A DNA stretch of 64,000 nt from Lama glama. Lineage: Eukaryota. Of this stretch, positions 36,867 to 47,000 are shown one piece after another (position 1 is the first letter of the stretch; the number at the start of each line of letters is the position of its first letter). The notes beneath the pieces are model-generated. The model ran no database searches. It saw only the letters and a list, made by a program, of their open reading frames with translations, and was not told where the DNA came from. The stretch covers positions 43,896,001 to 43,960,000 of the forward strand of contig CM052839.1 in assembly GCA_028534125.1 (NCBI GenBank). The letters are read 5' to 3'. The position numbers and the translations under genes are program-made.

Positions 36867-38648
36867 CTATGGGTTTCTGAGCAGACAACGCGAGTACAAG
36901 CACAGACAGGGGTACCAGGCCCGGCAGAACGCCCCGTTATGAGCAGTGTATTTACTGCAGGCGGGACTCTCGTTTTTAACATAGTCTCTGAAACTCTTGC
37001 AAGCGTTTCCTGGCTTCTTCAAGAAACTGCTTGTGCAACTTGTTTTGCTCCAGAATGTGCTGTTGGAGGTCACGATCATCTGACTGTGCCCGTCATCGTC
37101 GACGAAGCCAGCCGAGGGGGACGCGGGGCTGCAGTCATACGCTCCTTCCTTCCCCGGGTCGGGACGGGAGTCGGGCCTCAGACGGGCCAGGTCGGCTTGT
37201 CTCGGTTCCCTCCTCCCACCTTCTGGCTCCGTCTGGAGATCGGCCCCCAAGCTCTCCTTCGGGTGCTCGAATGGCTTGAGCAGCTCCAGCTGCTTTGGTC
37301 TCTGACGCTCCATCTGCATTTTCTGCTTCTGCCTCGCCACTATCAGGCCCGCTCTGTCCACCTGTCCTCGTGGGTGAAGCTCACAGGGTCTGCGCGGCTC
37401 CTGTCCGGATTCCGGGCTGCACGAGAACAGGTTCTTTCTGCCCATCAACATTCCTGCCTCGGGAGACTGTGCACTGTCATTCTGCACCACGCACTTGGCC
37501 ATCCTATGGGATTTGGGGTTCTCCAGTGTGCTTAGTAACATTTTCAAGCTGGTTTTGGATGGTGTCAGGTGGATGTCCACGCCCGCTGGACTCATGGGCT
37601 CCCCAGCCAGCACAATGTCTGCCTCTGGGTCTCTGGCTTTCTTCTCTCTCTGGCTCTCCCTGCTCCGTGACTGCATCCCCAAGAAGCCCTGTTCTTCACT
37701 GGGGCTCTGCTCTGTCCTGGGCTTGAGGTCCAGGTACAAATCCAGGTGTTTTTTCAGCTTTCTGTTTGTATTAAACAACTCCTCAAAGGCAAACTCCAGC
37801 TCTCTCTGCCACCTGCTCTTGTTGCTGAACCTGCGCGGGCACGCCAGTGGGGAGGTCTCACTTCTGTGGGCCCAGCCAGCCGGCCACAGCTGCTCCGGGC
37901 TGCTGGCTGGGCCCTCGGGACTCTGGTGCAGACGGGTGGCTCTCGGGCCTTGGGCGGGGTGAGCTGACCCCTTCCCCGGCAGCCTCCTGCCGTCCCGGGC
38001 TGCTTCTCTGCCCCACTTCTCCAGGCACGTGATCTCCCTTGCAAGAGCCAAGAGCTTCCCCACGTCTGACCCTCTGCTCAGCTCAGGGTCCACGGGACGG
38101 CGGCCCCCGCCAGTCTTCACTGAAGGCCCTCGCTTCCCTTTTCTCCTCTCTGGGGGGCTCGGGGGAGGAGCAGACAGGCCAGGGGCTCTGGAGGCTCCCT
38201 GCCTCTCCTGGTCCACTGCTCCCCTCAGGGACGCGGAATGCCAGGGCTGCCGTCTGACCAGCTCTTCCCTGTGACTCTTCTCGGCCCGCACGGCCGCTCG
38301 GGGCTTACCCCCAGCCCTGGGCGGCCTGGCTGCTCCCCGCTGGGCCAGCTCCTCCAAGTCAAGTGCACGGTCCTCGGCCCGTCCGCCCCCCACACCCAGC
38401 AGATGTGCCAACCACAGCCTTTCCAGGCCTCGGACTTGCTGGTCTGGGGCCCCCAGCGACTGTGCCCCCAACACCTGGGCCAAGCGCTGGAGCAGCTGGC
38501 TCTCCCGCTGCTGGAGGTCCTGTCTTCTCTGCAGAGGCACGTCTCCCGTCTCTCGGACTTGCAGCAACTTGTGTTTTTGCCTCGAAAGCGAGGCTTCATC
38601 GTCGGGGCTGGGGCTCCACCGAGCGGCTCTCTCTGTGTTTCTTTTCAT
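36867..38648 (-). CDS. CEP295NL: CEP295 N-terminal-like protein (DDC8/KIAA1731NL), intronless ORF nested in TIMP2 intron 1; C-terminus frameshifted
   Basis: 593-aa ORF with recognisable blocks (KHKLLQVR..GD..LQRR; QLLQRLA; WQRELEFAFEELFNTNRKLKKHL.LYL; DDDGHSQMI). In-frame TGA 51 nt upstream of the ATG (38697-38699). The location matches the known nested gene. The family-type ending is in another frame and stops at 36976. Confidence 0.9.
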   Translation of the reverse strand: MKRNTERAARWSPSPDDEASLSRQKHKLLQVRETGDVPLQRRQDLQQRESQLLQRLAQVLGAQSLGAPDQQVRGLERLWLAHLLGVGGGRAEDRALDLEELAQRGAARPPRAGGKPRAAVRAEKSHREELVRRQPWHSASLRGAVDQERQGASRAPGLSAPPPSPPERRKGKRGPSVKTGGGRRPVDPELSRGSDVGKLLALAREITCLEKWGREAARDGRRLPGKGSAHPAQGPRATRLHQSPEGPASSPEQLWPAGWAHRSETSPLACPRRFSNKSRWQRELEFAFEELFNTNRKLKKHLDLYLDLKPRTEQSPSEEQGFLGMQSRSRESQREKKARDPEADIVLAGEPMSPAGVDIHLTPSKTSLKMLLSTLENPKSHRMAKCVVQNDSAQSPEAGMLMGRKNLFSCSPESGQEPRRPCELHPRGQVDRAGLIVARQKQKMQMERQRPKQLELLKPFEHPKESLGADLQTEPEGGRREPRQADLARLRPDSRPDPGKEGAYDCSPASPSAGFVDDDGHSQMIVTSNSTFWSKTSCTSSFLKKPGNACKSFRDYVKNESPACSKYTAHNGAFCRAWYPCLCLYSRCLLRNP

Positions 38649-38923
38649 GTCGGGGACAGCTTCAGAGGGGAGGTGGTGTGAGCCACGAGGGGAGGTTCAA
38701 GGGCGCTGGGGCCAAGTGGCCGTGGGTGCCACGGCCGCTCCACTCAAACCCACCAGGGCAGGAAGACACAGTGCTGCCCAGAGCGTTCCGAGGGGAGCGA
38801 GGTCCTGGAGACAAGGCACATGGGCTCTGAGTGCGGGACAGACACTCTCCCAACACCCGCCCGGAGGGACTATCCTCCGGTTCCCAATTTCTGTCTCATG
38901 CACCTTGACCGAGACCCTGTGGG

Positions 38924-39120
38924 GCAGCTGTTCTCAAGAGGGTGTGATTTTGCTTCCAGGGGGCCATGTCTGGAGACAGTTTTGGCTGTCACACCTGAGG
39001 GAGGGGGTGCTACTGGCACCTAGCGGGCAGAGGCCAGGGAGGCTGCAGAACATCCCGTGATGCACAGGACAGCCCCAGGACAAACAGCGATCTGGCCCCA
39101 AATGTCACCAGTGCTGAGGG
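38924..39120 (+). mobile_element. MER20 DNA transposon remnant
   Basis: gttctcaa...gattttgc...atgtctggagacagttttggctgtcac...gtgctactggcacctagcgggcagaggccaggga...gccccaaatgtcaccagtgctgagg. Confidence 0.8.
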
Positions 39121-39974
39121 TCAGGCCCCACCTTAGCAGACAAGTTAAGGTTCAGGTGGGGCATGAAAATGCCTGGCCCTCTGGGCGGGGAGCCACGTAC
39201 AGATGAAAGCAGAAGTGGAGGGAGCCTGCCGGGAAAGGGGCGGAGAGGTGTGTGCGCACGTGCGCGCGGGAGAAGTGTGTGTGTCTGTACCAGGACCCCA
39301 CACAAACCCAACAGAGAGGAGGTTAAGCTGCTGGTGTTTTTTTTTTCATGACTCTTTGGCGTCGGACAGGAACACATGCCCACCAGGCTGACCTAGAGAA
39401 GGGGCTGCATTTCCACCCAAAGGGCATGGAGTCCACTGCCACTTGCAGCTGACGGCAGAAGCGGCCGGATTTGGGCTAAAGGAGCGGCTTCCTGGACACC
39501 ACCACCTGCGCGGAGGCCCCTCCCCTATGTGGGCACCCCTTCCCGCCTTTCATTTCGGTCTGCATGAAGCCAGGCTGAGCCCTTCTAACCCAAAGTGACG
39601 GTGGTCGTCAGAAAGCACCACTGCATCGACGGGACAGCTGACGTTAACTGCTCCGCTCATCCTTTTCTTTTCTTTAACAGTAACCCTTGAGGGAAGGAGC
39701 TGTCAGCACCCCTGGTTCACAGGTGGGGAAACTGAGGCAGAGAACCACCAAGAAACTTGAACCAGATCACACGGCAGGCGAGTGGCAGCTGCCCCTCGGG
39801 TCGACCACAGCGTCTTTGACTGACCTCAGCTGGGCACACTGCTGCTGGCTTTGGGTGAATCTGATCACGCAGTCACACAGTTGGAAGAGTGGTTAATATT
39901 ATATGTACCCATCTGCCAATCACCATGACGAGCAAGAGGACAGAGAAAGAGAAAGTTGGGGTATTAAACACAGT

Positions 39975-40850
39975 GATTGAGATTTTCAGCGAAAGGGCCA
40001 CAGCAACTCAAGAAAGTTGGGAGAAAGAATAGTTCCTCTGTTGTTTTCAACAAAGGTTGCTGTGAGAACTGGATATCCATATGCAAAAAAAGATGAAGTC
40101 AGACCCTCATCTCACCATATACAGAATTACACACCAGGTACAAAGATTAACTCAAAATGGATCACAGACCCTAACATAAGGTTTAAACTATAGAATATGC
40201 TTAGAAGGAAACAGAAGTGTATCTCCATGACTTTGGGTTGGGCCAAAACCTCTGAGATACACCACCAAAAGCATAAGCAAGATAAGAAATCGATCAATTT
40301 GACATCATCAATATTAAAAACCTTTGCACTTCAAAAGACATCATTCCTGGGTGAAAACACAAGACGTGGCCCGGGAGGAGATGTCTGGAAACCACACACC
40401 CCACCAAGGACTTGAGACCAGTTTGCATAAACAACTCTTACAACTCGGTAAGAAGAGGACAAATAATCCAGTTTAAAAACGGGCAGAAGACTGAAGCCGA
40501 TGTCACCAAAGGAGATTTATGTATGGCTAATAACGCCCAAAAAAGGATGTTCAACACCAACAGTTATCAGGGAAATGCAAAATGAAGTGACAATGAGACA
40601 CTGCTTCACACCCACTAGGATGGCGACAATTAAGAAGACAGGCAGTGACAAGCACTGGTGGGGACGTGGGGACATGTCGGAACCCTCCCGTGCTGCTGGT
40701 GGGAACGCAGAGATGGTGCGGAAAACAGTTTGGTAGTTTTAGGAAAAGGTGAACGCAGATTCATCACATGACCCAGCAACTGGACCCCTCAGTGTGCAAC
40801 CAGGAGACATGGGAGTGTGCCCCCACACCATGACACAGACGTGCAGAAAC
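39975..40850 (+). mobile_element. L1 ORF2 3' region, degraded
   Basis: tttcaacaaaggttgctgtgagaactggatatccatatgcaaaaaaagatgaa...aactcaaaatggatcacagacc...cagggaaatgcaaaat...cttcacacccactaggatggc. Confidence 0.8.
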
Positions 40851-43800
40851 AGTGACTGTCCCAGACCACAGGGAGGAGCTGGGTTTGAATCTGGGACCCA
40901 AATGCCCAAGACTGAGCTTTTCTCATCCCTGGAAATGGCCACAGGGGAGTCCCAGCAAGGGAGAGGGAGAAAGCTGTGACTGCCCCTTTGTCTGCCTTGC
41001 AAAACAGCTGGAGAGAACAGGGACAATTGCACCTTGAGAGCCAAAGTCTATTTCTGTGCCTGGAGTCACTGGCTCTCGCCCCGTGTTAACTGGTGACAAT
41101 GAGCAAGACCTGGAGGAGCCTCTCGCGCTCCGGGAGGCCCCGCCCACTCGGTCACCACGATACACCCAGAGGGGACATGCAAATGATGAAAACTTAAAAA
41201 CACCTGGATCGTGACCTTGAGGATAAAGCCCAGGAATTACAGTCAGCTCCCCGGTTGGGGAATGAGGACCCTGAACCAACCGACAGATGCACCCTTCCTC
41301 CAGCCCCCAGCTCCCCCACGCCCTCACCGCCAAGCCCTTCCCCGCGCGCTGACTTGAGACCAGAGTGTTCTGAGCGTCCTGGGTTCTCCCTCTGGTCCTC
41401 TGATCCTGCTCCCCCATTGCAGGTCAGGCTGGCCTGTGCCCTGAGCCACTCGGGAAGCCGCAACCCCGTCCAGACAGAAGCCCCACTCAGAGTGGCAGAC
41501 AGGAGGGCGAGGTGGACACTCGGCTGGCCGCCCGAAGCCCCCAGCGGACACTGGGCCCTTTTTCCTCTCCCCGTCCGCGTCCCCGGCGCGAGGAGCCAGC
41601 CCGTGGTGGTCACCTGGGCAGCAGCTCAGACAACCTCTCAGCCGAGGCAGACCCCCTCCAGGGCCGCCAGGGAGGGACCCTCTTCACCGGCAGCAGTGGG
41701 GCACCAGGCCCTCAGCAGCTTCTGATCCCCTAAGGAGACACTGGGGCACCCACGCCCGGGAGGAGGAACGGCGATCACACCACAATGGAGGCTGTGCGGC
41801 ACCCGCTCTCCGACGGCAGGCGGGCCTGGGGTCCAGTCGGAGGGTCTCACCTGAGCCTCCTCCTCAGGCTCCTTATGGCCCCTCCCCCCTGGCACTGCGG
41901 CCACGGCCACCCGTCTAATTCAGCCAGGGGGTCACTTCCGCATCTACAATGGTCCCTGCTGTCCACGCCAGCCAGTCTGCAGACACAGTCCCAGGCCACC
42001 TGCATCCCAGTCACTGGAGCAGCTGGTTAAAATGCAGATTCTGGGGTCCTGCCCCTGACCGATCCCTTCCCAGCCTCGGTGGGGAGGGGCCCAGGAACGC
42101 GCTCAGATAACCATCTCACCAAAGTCTGCCGGCAGTCCCTGGCCTGCAGGCTTGGGAACATCCCAGCAGCTCATGATCTGGCCCCCCTTCCCAGCTGGAC
42201 ATGGCTGGCCAGGCTCTGCCACCCCGAAGGCCCCCCACCCAGGTCCAGTACCATCACTGAGCTCATGTCCATTCTTCTTCCTCAAATAGACCCCCCATCC
42301 CACCCTCAGCTCCCCAGCCCAGGTCCAGTTCCTCCTCCCTCCCGAGGTGGTCCCGATTTCTGCAGCAACAAGGCCCGCGGACCCCGCACCCGGTGACACA
42401 GCTGAGCATGTTTTCTTTGAAACATTTGAAAATAGATGCAAAAGGGCTCCCAATCAGCTGGCATGGCCAGAGAGGACACTCCCTTATAATTACAGTGCAC
42501 TCCTTCACACGTAAAGGTAAACATCTCTCCGTCTTCTGAGAGAGCACAGAGAACAGACATAACTTGAACTTTTTAGGAGAACTCTGGCTTATCTTTAAAA
42601 CTATAATACAGAGAAGCCTTCAAGGGCTTTTAAGATATACAGGACCCTCCAAACTGTCATACATATATATGAATATACTATATATATTCGCACACACGTC
42701 ATACATACGTATACGACAGAGCTCCTCTAAATGACCTCAGAACACAATTTGAGCTTTTTAGGTTGAATTTTTAGAGCCTCCTACATCCTCCTCCCTGGTT
42801 GTACCTTTCTGTGTGCCTGATGGCATCGTCCCCTCCTTTTCTTGTATGGCTTCTAAACTGCTGTGGACTGGCAGTCACACAAAGAAGCTTCTCAAAATCG
42901 CGTCTAAAGAGTAAATCTAGTCTGGGGCCCTGACGGTCTTTCCAGGAGTCAAGTACCTGAGCGCCTGAATCCCGGGCGTCAGCTCTGGATGTGACACCCC
43001 CAGCACACACCCACCCTCGGGGAGATGGAAACCAGCTGGAACGCAAGCCACGGCTCGGCTAGTCCACGGCCTGAACGCCTGGCCAAACCTAACAAGGCAA
43101 AGCGTGCTGGGAACACACCTACGATCCATGCGTGGGTCCCCAGATCCAACCCTGCAAGCGCCAAGTGGGAGAGTGCAGCTCCCAAGACGCAAAGCCGGTT
43201 AGACCTCACCCGGGATGGCCCAGACAGCGCTCAGGACCACCTCTGGCTCTGAGCATCGCGGAGACATCGACACAAAAGGTCGCCTCACGCAGGAAGAGCT
43301 GACTGTCAGATGAGTGCCTACCTAACTTGAGAAGAGGTGTGCACATCCAGCAACGTCTAACTAGACAAGGTTGTCGGGGGAAGTTTCCCAAATCAAAATA
43401 GAACTATTGAAATGCTTGGGAACTCACCTACTAGGAAACCTACAGCAAAGGAAAACTCCACCTTTACTCACTAAGGAGAAAATCTGAATAAGAGAGACGC
43501 ATCTTCCCAGATGGGATTCGGAGAGGCAGGCGGTGGCCTGGGAGAAGGGACTGCAGCTTCAGAGTTTAGGAGCAGAATGCAAAAATGATCAAAAACAGGT
43601 CATAAGAAGAAAAGCCTTAAGGAACCAGGAATGCTTGGAGTGGGGCTTGCAAGTGATGGAAAGTCCAGAACGTTGTGCTCTGGTGGTTCAGAGTCCTGAC
43701 TTTGTGACCCAGGGCAAGCTCACCTCCAGGTGCCTCAGTTTGCTCACCTGTAAAAGGGGGACAGTAACAGCAGCACCCTGCTGCATAGATGCTAGCACTC

Positions 43801-43861
43801 ATCACCGTTAGAAACACCCAAATGCTTGGTGAACCGTCTGGGGAAGAGGATGGTTACTTAC

Positions 43862-44003
43862 TGTGTGTGTCTCCAGATGCCTGGACTAGACCACCGAGAA
43901 CATGTTACAGGGAGGCAGAAACTGGCTGGGTGGAAAACAGCACTTTCTACAGGGTTGTCTTGAAATCAATGGGCTGACTTGTTAGGTAGTGAGACACCCA
44001 TCA
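43862..44003 (-). other. CEP295NL: Probable CEP295NL upstream (5' UTR) exon, 142 nt
   Basis: Strong acceptor tttgttttttccggccttggcttggattcctccag| at 44003 and donor ACA|gtaagt at 43862. The 3' part translates to TCSRWSSPGIWRHT, matching the recalled human CEP295NL N-terminus MCSGWSSSVIWRHT but without the ATG. Confidence 0.7.
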
Positions 44004-44030
44004 CTGGAGGAATCCAAGCCAAGGCCGGAA
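43930..44030 (+). mobile_element. L3/CR1 LINE 3' fragment
   Basis: actttcta...aatgggctgacttgttaggtagtgagacacccatcactggaggaatccaagc resembles the recalled L3 consensus aatgggctgcct..gaggtagtgagctccccgtcactggaggtgttcaagc. Confidence 0.6.
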
Positions 44031-47000
44031 AAAACAAACATCAGAAACATTTAAACTCCATTTTCCTGAGTTCTGGACTCTAAAAATAGCTTTATGACAC
44101 CCAAGGGGCTGCCCAGAGCCTCTGTTTTTGCTCACTTCCCGATCCTGACTCAGCTAAGTTCCAGAGTGCTGGCTCCTGAGGCTGCCTGGGTGCTGGACGA
44201 GCTGTCAGAATCACCTGGCAGGGAGCGGGTCCTGGTAGACTAAGTCCTGGCCAGACCCCACTGCAGGTTTGTCCACCTGAATCCCGGGGTGGGGGCTGTG
44301 AATCTGCACATTCAACCATCTTCCTGGTGCACACTCAGGGCCAGGAAGGTTCTAGAGGCAAGGCAGCCAGCTTCTCGGAGAACAAGCTCAGGTCATGGTG
44401 TCTGTTACCTCCCCAGCCAGCTTCATCAAGACAGACTTGAGGCACCGACCCTTCTGAATTTGTGGGTGACACCAGGTTAGCTGGGGGGCTGCTTACGACT
44501 GACCCAACTGGTGCCTTATTAGATGTCTCCTGACAGCGCCAATCACTGTCCCGCAAACCTTACGGCTGCAGCTGCCCCACCTAGGTCAGCGGCCCCCAGT
44601 AACAACAGCTGTTCCGGCTGTGCAGTGGCCTCTCCCCACACCCCTCAAACAACCACGCCCCCCCAAGCCCATCCCACCAGTGTCCACCGCCCATCCTTCC
44701 AGATCAAACCATATCCGCAGAGCCCCATGGTGCAGGGACTTTCAAACTGGCCTTCTGGACACAAGGCCTGGGCACCCTAACTGGTCCATTTCCCCAGGGC
44801 CCCTTAAGAGCCTCACCAAACAGCTGGACACAGAAAGAACTCCACTCCCACAGGGGACCAGGGGGCGGACACAGGAACCTCCACCCAGAGGGGCCTGCAT
44901 GGGGTCTCGGGGCCCACTGACCAAGCTTGGCTGGAATCACAACTCCCCACCTCCGCCAGTGCCCAGCACCTGCCCCAGCTGGTGAACTCTGGCAGCCGCT
45001 GCCACGGGAACCTCAGACCTGCGGTGCTGTGACATCAGAGCACCAGCGCTGAAGTCAGGGACAGTGACAAGCCAGCCAGAGGGCAAGCACCCATCAGGAC
45101 ACTGGTTGTGGGTCCACCCATCACAGAGATCTGACGCAAAGGCTGGGCTGACAAGCAAAGGGACAGCTGACTTGGGGGCGCTGTGAAGATGCCTGGCAGG
45201 TGCATGCTCTTGGTGTTTACAGACGGTCTGGCAGGCAGAAAATCCTTCCTTCCCCAGCCTGGCAGCACGGTGACAGCATTCCTCGCTCTTCTGAGCTGTC
45301 ACACCTCAAGGTCAGGGCTTCCAACGACGCTGGCCACCCCTCCTCCTGCAGGGAGAGCACCTGTCCCCACTGGGTTGGGGACACAGCCCCTCTAGGACGC
45401 CGCTGCTGAGCTGAGCCATCTTGAGGCAGGGGGGTGGGGAGGACGGCTGGCCTGGGGTCCCCGCCCCAAATAAGAAATGGGACATGCCTGACCTCATGTC
45501 TGGGGCTGAGGGCGATCTGCACAAATTTGACAGTTAAGAAATTCAGTCTGGGGAATGTGATGTTGGCCCCAAGATACCAAAGCAACCGATCTCGGGGGTT
45601 GGTTTCCTGAGAGGAGAATGTCAGAGGCAGGAAGCTGGAGCTCTAGGGGGCAATGCTGATCCAGGGACAAAAGCCTGTGTGGGAGGAAGGGCCCCGCAGA
45701 GAGAGGTCACCTGGTCCCTGACCCAGCGTGGGGCAGGAGGAGCTCTCCCCTCTGGAACTTCTCGGCCACAGTTCACCCCGCTTTTTAGGGCCTCTCTTCT
45801 TGGCCCTATGGATACAAAGTCTTATGTCTACTTCTCCTTCCCCAGAGCACCCCGTCCCCCAGTCCCTTAGCCTCTTCTCAGTGAGACCATGTACACCCAC
45901 CCACAGAGAGGGACAAGCTTGGAGTGGGGGCGGGGTGGGAACGGGGGCACAGAGGACATGGTGGCCGAAAACTCAGCTGCTGGGGCCTCTGATGGCATTC
46001 TGGAATGTCCCAGCACAGCCACCACCACCATCCTCTCCAGGCTGCTTCTGGATCGAAGCCACTTCTCCCAAGCCCAGGCTCTCCCGACAAAACCTCAGGG
46101 TTTCCTAGAACGCAGCTCCATGCTCTGGATTAACCTGTCTGCTCAACGGGGCCTCCTCCACCACTGAGCCAGGACCAGCCCAGCTTTCAAAGTCCGGGTC
46201 CCTCCCACCGCTGACTGCAATCAGCCCCATGCTTCAGCACACCCTGACTCTAAAAACAGCACGTATCATTCAAGTTCAACAGAGAGAAATCAGAAAACAG
46301 ACACTTGCAAGAGAACGTCTCATTTCCCCTCCTTTCTCTGAACCTTTTACATTCAGTAAGAAACTGTCCCCTGGGGCCCCGCACAGCCTCTGAGGCTGTG
46401 ATGTGGCCAGTGCCCTGCTGCGATGTCAGCGAGTTTCTGACACTTCCCTGAGACAAACAGGACGAGGTGAAGGTCCCTGTAACACGAGCCCGCGGCCTCG
46501 TTTCCCTCAGAAAAATTCCTGCACATAGAGCTGCCTGACCAAAGGGGAGACGTTATTTTTAAAGTCTTTGATCGGCTCTGCCAAAAGGCCCTTCTAGGCT
46601 TCTGCACTGCTCAGGTTAAGACAAAACATCCCTACCAGAATCGGCCCTTCCAAGCACAGCCAGGCTCCGAGCCACACGGAACAGAGCAATGGAAAGTCCA
46701 AAGCTGTGACGTCCGACCTGTTTCCAGAGACCTGAGCCAGGACCTGGCTCCTTAGACCCCTGGCGCCAGTCCTCAGCTGCGCGACCTCGGTGAGTCACCG
46801 ACTGCTCCCCACCCAGACAGGGCAGGACACCTGCCTGAACTACCGCCTGCCTCGTGGGAAGAGAGGAAGTCCTTTTGCCCTGAGAAGCCCTAGACAATCG
46901 ATGCTTTTACCTAAGAGACTCACAACTGAGGACTATCTGCCCTCTGGGGGCTCCCGGGAAGCCCACCCAAGATCAGAAGAGGCCAAATGAAGTCTCATCC

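Noticed and set aside
36741-38830. Plus-strand ORFs antisense to CEP295NL
   Set aside because: Shadow ORFs of the real minus-strand CDS with no independent features.
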